Shown piece by piece: positions 1-11,410 of a DNA stretch of 64,000 bases (position 1 is the first letter of the stretch; every line of letters begins with the position of its first letter). The translations under genes and the position numbers were made by a program. This DNA is from Mobula birostris (Eukaryota): contig NC_092370.1 in the NCBI RefSeq assembly GCF_030028105.1, positions 65,645,638-65,709,637 of the forward strand. Direction: 5' to 3'. The notes below the pieces were generated by a model, which ran no database searches, was not told where the DNA came from, and saw nothing but the letters and a program-made list of their open reading frames with translations.

Positions 1-397
1 GACCTTCTGCTGTGTGAAGGTTCACTCTCTTTAAAGACAGCCTAATCGGCCTCTGAGACAGATATCACAGGGTCACCAGTTGCAGCAGGGATCTTCACTG
101 CTGTAGTTGTATTCTCTCTTTCAAAGTGGGCATAGAAGGCATTGAGTTCATCTGGTAGTGAAGCATCTCTGCCAATCATCTTATTGGATTTCCCTTTGTA
201 GGAAGTAATGTCTTGCAAACCCTGCCAGAGTTGTTGTGGATCTGATGTCACCTCCAACCTCATTCAAAATTGTCTCTTCGCCCTTGAAATAGTCCCCCAC
301 AAATCATACCTGGTTTTCTGGTACAGGCCTGGGTCGCCAGACTTGAATGCCGCAGATCTAGCCTTCAACAGACGACGTGCCTCCTGCTTCATCCACT
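1..397 (-). mobile_element. Rex1/Babar-type LINE fragment (EN-RT linker), continues off the window edge
   Basis: Minus-strand translation WMKQEARRLLKARSAAFKSGD...LWQGLQDITSYKG...SLPDELNAFYAHFE, typical of Rex1/Babar; in-frame stop present. Confidence 0.8.
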
Positions 398-2975
398 GAT
401 TTCCCAGTTCTCAAAATGGTAATCTCATTGCCCCCACCCTAGATTAATGCAAGGTCAATCACCGCACACTCTATTTAATTGAATAGGAGACTTTGGCTTC
501 AGGAAAAAGGTATATAATCTTCCTTTATTATTTATTGATATTATTTTCAATGTTCTTAAATGATATGAGGAGTGTGACCATTTGTTTTGTAGAATGTAAG
601 TGCAAAACAAAATTAGCCATCTTTTTGAATGTCTAAGTCTCATTAATATGGACATCTCTGTCAGTCTGTGAGCCTGGGGATTGAGCTCTGTGAATGCCTT
701 TAGCAATCTTCACTGAGAGAGATACTGTGCTACGCAGGGTGATGCTAAATTGTAGAAGCCAGACATCCAGTGGATGATGGGGTCACAATGGAACAAAAAG
801 CATAGCAATGTGGAGTCTGTCATCAGTTCTAGGCCAGCAGAAGATCTTGATCATGCTTTGATAAGGTTAAGTGCAGAAAGTTTTGGGTAGCATAAACATC
901 AACATGCATTAAGTGGACTAAATAACTTGTTTCAGGTCCAAAATAGTGAGTAAAATCATGTAACATAGCACAAAATTATGTGAGAATATTCTGTCAAGAG
1001 GTCAAAAAATGCTGCACATTCCAGGACTCACTATTTGAAAGGGACTGATTAGATTAGCATAACTATTCTTCCCCTCTGGAAAACTGGGATGCTGGAATTA
1101 TTTTTCATATGTGAGGAAAGGGTGAGCCAAAATTCCAAAAGTGTTTCAAACCAGTGATTCATCATGGTAAGTGTGAACATCAGCAAGACCAGGATCTGAC
1201 TTATCTGCATAATCAACCTTAGAACTGTATTCTGCTTTTGAAATCTCAGCTTGATTACCAGCCAGCAACCAAGCAAACATACTCCAACACAAATTAATTT
1301 CGTTAGGAGGGGAGTGAGGAAAATACATCAGCAGTATCAGCTTCAAAATATGTTAATGAAGAAAATCAAAACTGCATGTGAAGTATTTGATCTTCCTTGC
1401 TTTTGTGTTTGGCCACTAAGAGAGATAGATTTGATAGGCATGTTATACATGAACATAGTGCAGTGTTATGACATTTATGTATTTAGTATAATCGCAACAA
1501 ATCTTGCTGTTCTGACAAATTTGCTGATATTGCAACAAAAGAAGCAGCTCTAAAGCCATTTTCGAGGTTTAATATTCTAATCAGCACTTTCAATTTTATA
1601 ACTTGCTAACCATTTTACACACCACTGATTGAAAGACATTAAATTTGCATAAAATTTAAATTTTAATTTTTAAAGATTAAATTTAGTGCTTTCTCATAAT
1701 GATCCATATTAACATAAACTACATGTATTGGACTAATTCTGCAGTATATGAATTTTTTGATCAAAGAGTTTTGTTTTTGTGTTTACACAGTGTGAATATT
1801 TTCTTTAATTCACACTTCAGCTTACAAATGAAAACATCACAATTTGTTCCCCTCAGCCAATTTGCCGACCAAATTGAATTTTTCTATTTATATTAGTCTT
1901 GATTTCAATCACTGCCTTAGAAACTTGGTGATACCTTCATTAACATTTAAAAGCAAGTTCCTTTGTTATAGAATTTAGTGATCACACAATGTATGAAAAT
2001 ACCAAATATTCTACATGGAGCTTAATATACAAAAATAAATTGCTCTAGGTATGCTCATGTATTTCAGACCATTCAGTTTTTGAAGATGTATAATAAATGT
2101 GGTGTGCTACATTCTGCACAAGTAATAGAATGGACTGGAGCCATTGCAAGGTAATGCCACTTAGTTCTCAATGCATTGAAGAAGGTGACCAGATTAGATA
2201 GTTCATACATAAGGTTCAGAAGACCATTATTTTAACAACTGTTTTTCTTGATGTAATGTTTAATTATATCTTAAGGTGAAATTTCTTTTTAACAAATTAT
2301 TTTGAGAAGATGTTTCAAAGCGTTACTAAAGAAGAGAGAAACTGAATTATTACTGCAGTTCCACTTTGTCATGAAATGGAATGACATTTTCTTTTCCATT
2401 GCTAGATTTGAAAATGAACATTTTAGTTCTGCAGTCGTACACTTTAAGATTGGCTGATTTTAGTTGAGCTATTTTGTCAAGTAATGTGTAAGAAGGTTTG
2501 TGTTTGGACATGGCTGCCCAACCTGAGCTCAAAAGGGCCTTCCCTTCTGTGCCTGACATCCCACTTCCCCATCAGATTAAGGTGACCCACCAGCATTGTT
2601 GCATATGAAGAGTAACTTCATGAAGGCTGTGATTGAAAACAAATGCAAGAATTCGACAAGTGCAGGGTGAAGAGTGGCCTTGTTTAGCAAATCCTAGATC
2701 AAGCCCCAGTTGTATACCTAAACAAAGCTCTACAGTTTATGCCACTGTTCATGACCTTAGGAAACTCCTAGATAGTTTTAACCCTCAAAGTAGTTTAGAA
2801 TGAAGATCCTATTGCACTGTCAGAAGCTTGGCAATCAATTACAAAAACAACAGTATGGTACCGATTCTGTTCTGTGATGGTATTGGTGTGATGCCTAAAT
2901 GCAGGTTATGGTGCTATGAAATTGGCTTTTTGAATTACGTCTGCTGAGACAGTATTTCATCTAAAAGACAGAACC

Positions 2976-3107
2976 TTCTGATGAAGGGTCTTGGCCCAAA
3001 ATGTCGACTGTTATTCCCATCCACAGGTGCTGCCAGACCTGCTGAGCTCCTTCAGCACATTGTGTATATCGCTTTAGACTTCCAGTGTCTGCAGTGCCTC
3101 TTGCGTC
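2976..3107 (+). mobile_element. Penelope-like 3' repeat (pLTR) fragment with decayed hammerhead
   Basis: CTGATGA-AGGGTC-TTG-GCCC-AAAA-TGTC-GACTG followed by the ~100-nt tail shared with other copies (gacctgctgag...ccagtgtctgcag). Confidence 0.75.
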
Positions 3108-4299
3108 ATGAACCTTCAACTTGTTGGTAATCAAACAAAAACCTGCTGGTTCTAGGAGTCTAAAACATAAGTAGAAACTGCTGAAAATACTCACAGGTCA
3201 GACAGTAGCTGTGGAAAGAAAACGCAATCTGGCTTACTGAGTATTTCAGCATTTTCTGCTTTTACCTTTCATCTTAAGTTGCCTCAGATCTCCGTATCTT
3301 TTTTTCTTTTTGATCTCACACACACAAAGGAAAATCTCTAAGAGCCTTTCAATGGCGCAACTGCTACTACTGAACTTTGCTGTGGCTCCCCAACAAAAAG
3401 CATAGGTAGCATGTCCTTTATAAATGTTTAAAGTATCACCCTTCTGAGGTGACAAATTTCTAAACCATCCGAATTTATAGGGTAGTGACACATTGGCAAT
3501 AGTTTTTACACTGTAAGAATATGCCCGACTATACTGGGCATTTATTATAATATAAATATGCTGGTTGGTTATAACCAACTTTGTACTTATAATCTTCAGC
3601 TCTATTGCAAACACTGTGGTGTATTTACAATATTTACAGTATTTGTTTAGTTCTGTACTTGGATAATATATTCCATGTTGTGGTTGCAAATGTGTGATAT
3701 CTAATTTGATAAAAGGTGTATGTATGGAGCAGCTATTCCAGTTTGAGTTTACTCTTACGTGTAAGAAATGGCAAGTGAGTTATTTCCTTAATAAACTAAA
3801 TTTGTTTATTTGAGTAATTCTGGCAGTTCAAATATATTCCACGTGATGAGCATCTAGCTGAGTAAAGGATACCCAAGACACAACAATGCTCCTGCAAACA
3901 CTTGCTCCAAAACATAATGTGCATAAGAATCAACCATCTGGGAGCCATTTTCTGAATATTAAATTATTGTCTCAGCAATTACTCATATTCCCAATAGCCT
4001 TATATTTTTCATGTGAAATTGTATTGCAAGATTCTGTTTTACTCCTGGCTTCTCATCTAGCATGCATGAAGATTTTTATTGTCACAGATGGTAACATTCA
4101 AAGTTGTAAAAGGCTGAAAATTGGGAATCAAGACTGTATTCAAAGAAAGAAGCAGTTAATTCTGAAAACTCCAACAGGATGTAAATCTATCTGATTTTTC
4201 TCTTTTATCAGAAAATATGAGGACATGTTAATGAAGATTATTATTTCTCTTTGATTATCTACCCCAGTTCTAATTTTTGCCCTTTGCCTTTTTGCTCAG

Positions 4300-4407
4300 C
4301 TGCACAGCTGCTTGAATCTGATTGATGCAGTTGCACATATATTTTACATGAGATTGAACACTTTAAAGTTAGAAGACACAAGCAGTGGTCAAATTCAAAC
4401 AGCCTTA
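4300..4407 (+). CDS. Candidate exon of an unidentified gene (108 nt, phase 0-0; LHSCLNLIDAVAHIFYMRLNTLKLEDTSSGQIQTAL)
   Basis: Long polypyrimidine tract plus CAG at 4297-4299, GTGAGT donor at 4408, only one open frame, non-repetitive DNA. Peptide not recognised. Confidence 0.35.
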
Positions 4408-4565
4408 GTGAGTTATATATTTTGATATGAGCTGGTATTGTAAAGATTCCCTAAGTGCAGTGCATTGTATAGTTTGTTGTGTTGACTGCAGACGGGATAT
4501 TCCTGCCATGAGCCAAAGTTTAGATAGTATGGACTAGATTCTCTTACAATATTTTGTTTTTGCAG

Positions 4566-4613
4566 GTCCTTGGTTGGTCACTTGATAACTTGGCAGGGGA
4601 AAATTGCATTAGG
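4566..4613 (+). CDS. Weak candidate exon (48 nt; VLGWSLDNLAGENCIR in phase 0)
   Basis: Good acceptor ttttgtttttgcag; weak donor GTAGAA; in frame with 4300-4407. Confidence 0.2.
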
Positions 4614-4930
4614 GTAGAATAAAAATTAATAATAGATTCTCAGGATTAGCAAATTTAGTAAATATTCTTATGAAAAGTAAGCATGCATATCCACAAACAG
4701 AAGGCTAAATAGTACTTTAGCCATATTGCTGATAAATTCTACATATTAGATCTGATCATCTACATTTACAAAATTAAGACCATTGATAACAACATCTTGG
4801 GTTTCTTGAACCTTAATGAAGACTTACTCAAGCACTTTAGATATTAGTGAGCCACACCTCCTGGAGTAAGTCCCATTTTGCATTTCCTACTATTGATAAT
4901 GTCAAAATTGAACCCACCCAGGGCTCACAG

Positions 4931-5560
4931 GTAAGACATAAGACAGAGGGGTAGAATTAGGACATTTGCCCAGTAAGTTTACTCCACCATTCAATTATGG
5001 CTGATTTATTATCCTTCTCAATCCTATGTCTTTTCCATGTAACCTTGGACACCCTTCCTAATCAAGAAACTATCAAACTGTCACAATTAATTCTTCCGAT
5101 TTACTACCCTATGGCAAAAGAAATGCCGCCTCATCTCTGTTCTAAAGGTACATCATTCTGTTGTGCGGCTGTGCTCTCTGATTCTAGACTCATCCACTAT
5201 AGGAAACATCTTTTCCCTGTCCACTCTACATGGGACTTTAAATATTTGAAAGGTTTCAATAAGATCCCCACTCATTCTTCTAAAATCCAGCAAGTACAGG
5301 TGCACAGCCATCTAATGCTGCTCATATGTTAACCCTTTCATTCCTGGGATCAGCTTAATAAGCCTCCTCTGGACACTTTCTTCGATAAGGGGCCAAAAAC
5401 TGTTCACCATATCCCAAGTGCAGTCTGACCAGTGCCTTATAAAGCCTCAGTGTTACATCCTTGCTTTTATATTCTAATATTCATTTGCCTTCTTTACTGT
5501 GAGTCAACATGCAAGTTAACCTTTAGTGAATTCTGCACTAGGATTTCCAAGTTTCTGACA
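4931..5560 (-). mobile_element. CR1 LINE 3' fragment
   Basis: Reverse-complement CR1 tail (cataagac...agaattagg) and RT C-terminal motif LYKALVRLHLGYGEQFLAP on minus. Confidence 0.8.
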
Positions 5561-6060
5561 CCAAAGGAGTGGATGGAAAGCATGGTAGCACTAGAAAGCT
5601 ATCCCACTGCTGGATGATGGCTTATGAATGCTGAGTGGCCCTGGTAAAGCCGTTCTGGGATTCGGGCTTCTCATACTTTTATTCCACTTTTATTCCAACT
5701 ACAATCCAACTTTCCTACTCCCATTCCTTGTCATATCACCTGGGGCAAGCGGAATTACTTTTGTGGTGAAAACTAGCATAACTGCTAACTTTTGTATCTT
5801 GAGTAGACTTCTAATAATTCAAGTGTAATAGTAGTTATGATGTTGGGTTTGTATACTTGAGCACTAGATTCTTTGTATGTGGATGATATTCTGTACAACT
5901 TATGAGGCCCTAAAGCATTCCAGCTGAAGACTCTCCAAGACTGGTCATGCTTCTTGTCAAGCTGCTTCAGTGCAGTTACACCATGGCATCAACTCTTGAT
6001 TGTAGAGCATTTCCCAAGTTTGTCATGTTCATAAACGCAAGACAAATCCAATCAGAATCA

Positions 6061-6219
6061 GACTCCTCATCTTGCTCTCTCAAGTCCTGATAAAAGGGTC
6101 TCGGCCTGAAATGTCAACTGTACTCTTTTCCATAGATGTTGTCTGGCCTGCCGAGTTCCTCCAGCATTTTGTTTGGGTTGCTTGGATTTCCAGCATCTGT
6201 AGATTTTCTCTCGTTTAAG
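6061..6219 (+). mobile_element. Penelope-like pLTR fragment with decayed hammerhead, inserted in a Rex1 tail
   Basis: agtcCTGATAA-AAGGGTCTCGGCCT-GAAA-TGTC-AACTG; flanked by AATCAGAATCA at 6050-6060 and 6220-6230. Confidence 0.75.
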
Positions 6220-6332
6220 AATCAGAATCAAGTTTGATATCATTGACATATGTTGTGAAATTTGCTGTTTTATGGCAGCAGTACATTGCAATACATAACA
6301 ATAAAACTACAAATTACAATAAGTATATATTT

Positions 6333-7259
6333 TGTGACGAGAATACACATAGATTAAGATGTTAACTGGCCTGGGCTGGCATCAGCGGGATCAGCAGTTG
6401 GTCTGCCACCTGTCTTCAGGAGAAAGAGAGATAAAGAAAACAATGGAGCAGCATTTGGAGATGTTAATGAAGGGATGGGAGAGTTTAACGGAAGGAGAGC
6501 TGTCAAGATCGGCTCCCCCTTTGAACCCTGAACTGTTTGAAGTGATAGGCGATACCCCAGCAGGGGGATAAAAAGGGACAGGTTCGCTAAGGCAGGACAG
6601 ACATGAAACCCCGAGGTAACAAGACCCTGGAAGCGATGCATCTCCCACAAGTCGGTGGGAAGTTTTGGATGGCTGGTCGCGGGATCAAGCCATAGACGCA
6701 CAGGGTGGAAAGGCAGGATCGGCGGGAACCTGGTGTGCGTCCACTCTTGCCTGGGTGCCAGGTTCACCGCAGAGAAACGATCGTATCTGGAAACGGAAGG
6801 GTCACAGTCGGTGACTTCAGATGACATCACAAAGGGCTTGCACGAAAGCTGACTGCGAAGAATATCGAAGGTCATTGTGGAAGTCGTTTGAATATTCATT
6901 CGTTTTGCTCTCTCTCTCCTTACCCCACACTGTCCATCTCCCACGGCAGCGATTACTGCGAACTGAACTGAACTAAATTGAACTGAACTTTGCGTCACTT
7001 TGAAACATGCAAGTTAATCGTTGCTGGGTTAAAACTGGTCATTTACCCCTAGACAACGATAGAGCTTGATTGATCCTGTTATCTTAATACTGTGTATATG
7101 TGTGTTTATCATTGCTGAACTGTTGCATTTATTATCCTTTTGATTAGAGTACTGTGTTGCTTGTTTCTTTAATAAAACTTTCTTAGTTCTAGTAATCCAG
7201 ACTCCAACTGAGTGATCCATTTCTGCTGGTTTGGCAACCCAGTTACGGGGTACGTAACA
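6333..7259 (+). repeat. 5' LTR of element 1 (927 bp)
   Basis: TG...CA ends; AATAAA at 7171-7176; direct repeat of 10477-11234 with about 30 substitutions over ~755 aligned nt (manual count). Confidence 0.95.
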
Positions 7260-7263
7260 TAAG

Positions 7264-7281
7264 TGGGGGCTCGTCCGAGAT
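7264..7281 (+). promoter_or_regulatory. Primer-binding site, tRNA-Pro
   Basis: TGGGGGCTCGTCCGAGAT, 17/18 match to the complement of the tRNA-Pro 3' end (TGGGGGCTCGTCCGGGAT), 4 nt after the 5' LTR. Confidence 0.93.
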
Positions 7282-7356
7282 TTTGAACGCTAAATTTGGG
7301 ATAGAGTAAATGATTGGGTTAAAATTCCCGAAAGAAAGAAAAGACAAACAGCAGAA

Positions 7357-9850
7357 ATGGAGGTTGAGGGATTTATAAAGGCGCCGACCTTGGAGGCATT
7401 AGAGGATGCCAGGAAAGCGGAATTGGTAGCTGTGGCCAAACGGTTGAATCTTGCTAAGGGGAAGTCGACAATGAGGAGAGAGGAGATACACAGAGCTATC
7501 GTAGAGCACTATGTATCTAAAGGTGTGTTTCCCCAAGGGGAGCTGGAGGTGGTGTCTATTGAAAAACCTGCTAGAGACGCGGTACAGGTGCAGCTTGAAA
7601 AACTGAGACTCGAGCACGAGTTCTGGGTACGGCAGTTAGAACACGAAGAGAAGCAGTTAGAAAGGCAGGAGAGAGAGTTAGAAAGGTGGGAGAAAGAGAG
7701 AGAGTTAGAAAGGTGGGAGAAAGAGACAGAGTTAGAAAGGCAGCAGAGGGAGAGAGAGACAGTTGGAGCGAGAAGAGAGGCAGTTGGAGAAACAGAGGGA
7801 AAGGGAATTTGAGCTGGAGAAGTTAAAGATAAGGGCAGAGCAGGGGCCCATGCCGAACCAAGGTGGAGGGTTCAGGGTGACCCAGGAGGTTAGGCTGGTT
7901 CCCCCATTTGATGATACCGACGTGGATCAGTACTTTCTCCATTTCGAAAAAGTTGCTACAAGTCAGGACTGGCCGAGGGATAAGTGGGCTGTTTTGCTTC
8001 AGAGTGTACTGAAAGGGAAAGCCCAACAAGCTTACTCAGCTTTGTCCGCAGAAGGTGCCCAGAGGTATGAGGTGGTGAAAGAGGCCATCCTCAGGATTTA
8101 TGAGTTGGTCCCGGAGACATACCGGCAGAGGTTCCGGAATGCGAGGAAGCAGTGGGACCGCACGTATTTAGAGTTTGCCCGTGAGATGCAGACATATTGT
8201 GAGCGTTGGTTCGCCTTGAAGGGGGTAGAGGGGGATTATGACAGACTGCTACAGCTGATCCTGATTGAGCAGTTTAAAGGTTGTGTCCCTGAGGGTATGA
8301 GACCCTACCTAGATGAGAAAGAGGCAGCCACGTTAGCCGCAACTGCTAAGTTAGCGGATGAGTATGCGTTGACGCATAAAATGAAGTTTGCCCCGAGTAA
8401 AGGCTACCAGAAGGGTAGTCAGGACGGCGGGGAGAGTCCGCCAGAAAAGTCAGAAAGTAAGCCGGGGACTAGTGAGAAGGATAAGGTAGACCGGGAGCAG
8501 TCTGGTAGGAAGTCTCCTGGGGTCGTCTGTTATAATTGTGGGAAAGTCAGACACTTTGCGTCCAGGTGCTTTGCCCCAAAGAAGGAGACGGGAAAAGGAA
8601 AAACGGCGATTTTGACTGACTGTATCGAGCTGGTAAATGAACCGCTGGGAGAGGACAGGTCTGCCAAAGTTCAGGAAGGGCGTGAGAGGTTTATCTCGGC
8701 CGGATTGGTGTCAGTGAAGAAGGAGTTAAAACCAGTTCCAGTGTGGATCTGGAGAGACACGGGAGTGTGTCAGTCACTGATACCGAAGAGTGTATTAGAG
8801 TTTAGCTCAGAGACCCAGACTGGGGAGGTCAAGGTCAAAGGTATTGGGGAAGGGACAGAGGCAGTCCCTTTGCACCAGATACACTTACAAAGCAACCTGG
8901 TCTCTGGACTAGTCACCATCGGGGTGAGGCCCGAATTACCGATGAAAGGCGTGGAAATCTTGCTCGGTAATGACCTCGCCGGGGGAATCGTGTTCACAGC
9001 CGTGAGATTGACAGGTCAGCCTGCCAGCGTTGAGGCCTCGCCCATGGACTCACAGGTTCATCACGGGACTGTGGAAATAAATTTAGCTGAGATGTTTCTG
9101 CCAGCCTTGTACGAGAAGGGGGTAGAAATTGAAAAGAAGAAGTGTGGTGAAACAAGAGGTAGTGAGGGAGCTGAGACAGACTTAGCATTAGCCAGGAAAG
9201 AATTTGTGCAGGCGCAGGAGCGAGACGAGGGGCTGATGGTTTTGGCGGAGACAGCTCTCTCTGACGCAGAATTAACAAGGGAACCAGTAGGCTATTGTGT
9301 GGAGGAGGAAGTGCTAAGGAAGAAAGGGAGACCAAGTACCGTACCCGCAGATGAGGAATGGAGGGTGGTGCAAAAGAGTTATGGGGATGAGATTTTTAAC
9401 CTGGCCCACAAGGTACCCCTCGGTGGACATGTTGAGGTACTGGAGGAAACAGCTGGTGGTATCATGAAAGAGGTTTACCGGCTGCACCGGAGGAAGAATG
9501 TTATTGATTATGGCAGACGCGAACTGAGACGGTCACAGGCTTTTGATATGCTAACAAACCTAGTCGGTGTTAGCGCGGAAATCAATGAGGCTAGGGTCCC
9601 CCTGATAAGAGAAAAAAACCATTTTGAAAAGGTGAATATGGTATCGACCAGATGGGAGAAGGCTATTGTTTTGGCCAGCTCTGCTGATAAGGTCTCTCCC
9701 TTAATCCCCGAACAAAGCAACTCTTTAGGAGAAGTAATTAAACGGCTCACACACGTGTGTTTGATTGTCCTGAGGCGATGCAAAGAACTGGGACGTTGGG
9801 TGGTGTTTGTTATGCTAGGTAGCCTAGTGAGCAACAACCCTATAGAATGA
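7357..9850 (+). pseudogene. gag-protease-(relic integrase) polyprotein of element 1, one frameshift at ~7750-7760
   Basis: ORFs 7357-7812 and 7763-9850: coiled-coil repeats, capsid VRLVPPF...YFLHFEKVA...LILIEQFKGC, knuckle CYNCGKVRHFASRC, protease RDTG, IN N-terminus AHKVPLGGH. Confidence 0.88.
7645..7800 (+). repeat. Imperfect 21/27-bp tandem repeats encoding the Gag coiled coil (ERELERWEK)
   Basis: Repeated gagagagttagaaaggtgggagaaa units. Confidence 0.8.
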
Positions 9851-10360
9851 GTAATTCAGTGATGAAAGGGCTGACGAACACAGAGGTGTGTATTGGCAAT
9901 GTAATACGGCTGTCTGAAGCCAGCTTGATAGTGAACCTTGAAAAAAATGAGTTCGGCCACACGAAGGTCACTTACCTGGGAATTGTGGTGACACAGGGGC
10001 AGCTGGCAGCAATGCAAGCTAAAGTGCGGGCTATCTCTGACATCCCAACCCTGACAGACAAGAGGGCCCTCAGAAGGCTCTTGGAGATGGTGGGGTACTG
10101 TAGGAAGTTCTGCAATAACTCTGCGGTTACTACCCCTCCCCCTCCTACTAAGCCCTTGCGAGAGAAAACTAAGTCGGAATGGGACGATCCTTGCTATTGT
10201 GTCCGGGACGAAACCCAATGAGAGGTTACATTGATCGCAATTCATCGGTGTTTTTGGCCACTATGAAGTTTGCTAAATTGGAGCCTGGTCTAAGGGATTA
10301 TTAATAACACATATAAAAGGAACAGAAAATGTGATGGCTGACTGTCTGTCAGGTGTTGAC
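9847..10360 (+). pseudogene. RT thumb and RNase H remnants of element 1
   Basis: ORF 9847-10221 (VNLEKNEFGHTKVTYLG...LEMVGYCRKF) with YIDD replaced by CIGN; HIKGTENVMADCLS at ~10310-10350. Confidence 0.85.
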
Positions 10361-10463
10361 AACTTCAAATTCACTGTATTAGCCAAATAGCTGATAAAGA
10401 TGTGTATTTGTGTGTATCAAATAATGTATTCATGTTTGTAATTTTTACCCTGGTAAAAATCCT

Positions 10464-10476
10464 AAAAGGTGGGAAG
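10464..10476 (+). promoter_or_regulatory. Polypurine tract of element 1
   Basis: AAAAGGTGGGAAG directly abuts the TG of the 3' LTR. Confidence 0.85.
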
Positions 10477-11234
10477 TGTGACGAGAATACACATAGATTA
10501 AGATGTTAGCTGGCCTGGGCTGGCCCCAGTGGGATCAGCAGTTGGTCTGCCACCTGTCTTCAGGAGAAAGAGAGATAAGGAAAACAATGGAGCAGCATTT
10601 GGAGATGTTAATGAAGGGACGGGAGAATTTAACGGAAGGAGAGCTGTCAAGATTGGCTCCCCCTTTGAACCCTGAACTGTTTGAAGTGATAGACAGGCGA
10701 TACTCCAGCAGGGGGATAAAAAGGGACAGGTTCGCTAAGGCAGGACAGACACGACAGCCCGAGGTAACGAGACCCTGGAAGCGGTGCGTCTCCCACAAGT
10801 CGGTGGGAAGTTTTGGACGGCTGGTCGCGGGATCAAGCCATAGACGCACAGGGTGGAAAGGCACGATCGGCGGGAACCTGGTGTGTGTCCACCCTTGCCA
10901 GGGTGCCAGGTTCACCGCAGAGAAACGATCGTATCTGGAAACGGAGGGGTCACGGTCGGTGACCTCAGGTGACATCACAAAGGGCTCGCACGAAAGCTGA
11001 CTGCGAAGAATATCGAAGGTCTGTGTGGAAGCCATTTGAATATTCATTCGTTTTGCTCTCTCTCTCCTTCCCCCACACTGTCCATCTCCCATGGCAGCGA
11101 TTACTGCGAACTGAACTGAACTAAATTGAACTGAACTTTGTGTCACTTTGAAACTTTCTTAGTTCTAGTAATCCAGACTCCAACTGAGTGATCCATTTCT
11201 GCTGGTTTGGCAACCCAGTTACGGGGTACGTAAC
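10477..11234 (+). repeat. 3' LTR of element 1 (758 bp; lacks 172 bp present in the 5' LTR)
   Basis: Direct repeat of 6333-7259 lacking 7007-7178, with a 4-bp extra GACA; terminal A not resolved against the following (TA)n. Confidence 0.95.
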
Positions 11235-11254
11235 TATATATATATATATATATA
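11235..11254. repeat. (TA)n microsatellite, insertion site of element 1
   Basis: tatata run; matching tatatat at 6324-6330 on the other flank. Confidence 0.9.
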
Positions 11255-11279
11255 GTGCAAAAAGAGAGGGAAAAATATT

Positions 11280-11410
11280 GAAAACAAGTGAAAGCCTACA
11301 GATGTTGGAAACTTAAGCAACACACACAAAATGCTGGAGGAACTCAACAAGTCAGGCAGCACCAATGGAAAAGAGTAAACGGTTGACGTTTTCGGCCGAA
11401 TCCTTTTGGT
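11280..11410 (-). mobile_element. Penelope-like pLTR fragment, truncated inside the hammerhead
   Basis: acacacaaaatgctggaggaactca...gttgacgttttcggccg; flanked by AGGGAAAA(A)TATT at 11267-11279 and 11411-11422. Confidence 0.75.

Larger units (their letters stand above)
6333..11234 (+). mobile_element. Gmr1-type Gypsy LTR retrotransposon, internally deleted and non-autonomous (element 1)
   Basis: Two direct LTRs (TGTGACG...GTAACA), tRNA-Pro PBS, PPT, gag with CCHC knuckle, protease, then IN/RT/RNase H relics in the order IN-RT-RH. Inserted in a (TA)n tract. Confidence 0.93.

Noticed and set aside
1164-1172. ATG|GTAAGT consensus donor
   Set aside because: No convincing upstream acceptor or promoter, and all frames close within about 55 nt upstream.
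3246-3689. 147-aa minus-strand ORF in unique DNA
   Set aside because: Non-ATG start, AT-driven composition, no motif or splice support.
6354-6998. 214-aa and 203-aa (10535-11146) antisense ORFs and a 165-aa sense ORF (10503-11000)
   Set aside because: They lie within the LTRs, have no recognisable domain, and the 4-bp indel between LTRs changes their frames.
7763-9850. Domesticated SCAN/gag host gene
   Set aside because: Bounded by two LTRs with PBS and PPT, frameshifted, and without C2H2 fingers or splice structure.
9847-9850. ATGA stop-start overlap suggesting coupled translation
   Set aside because: The downstream ORF is a catalytically dead RT remnant; the overlap is explained by a deletion junction.
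6333-11234. Endogenous retrovirus, suggested by the MLV-like tRNA-Pro PBS
   Set aside because: No env; gag, protease and the IN-before-RT order are Gmr1/Gypsy.
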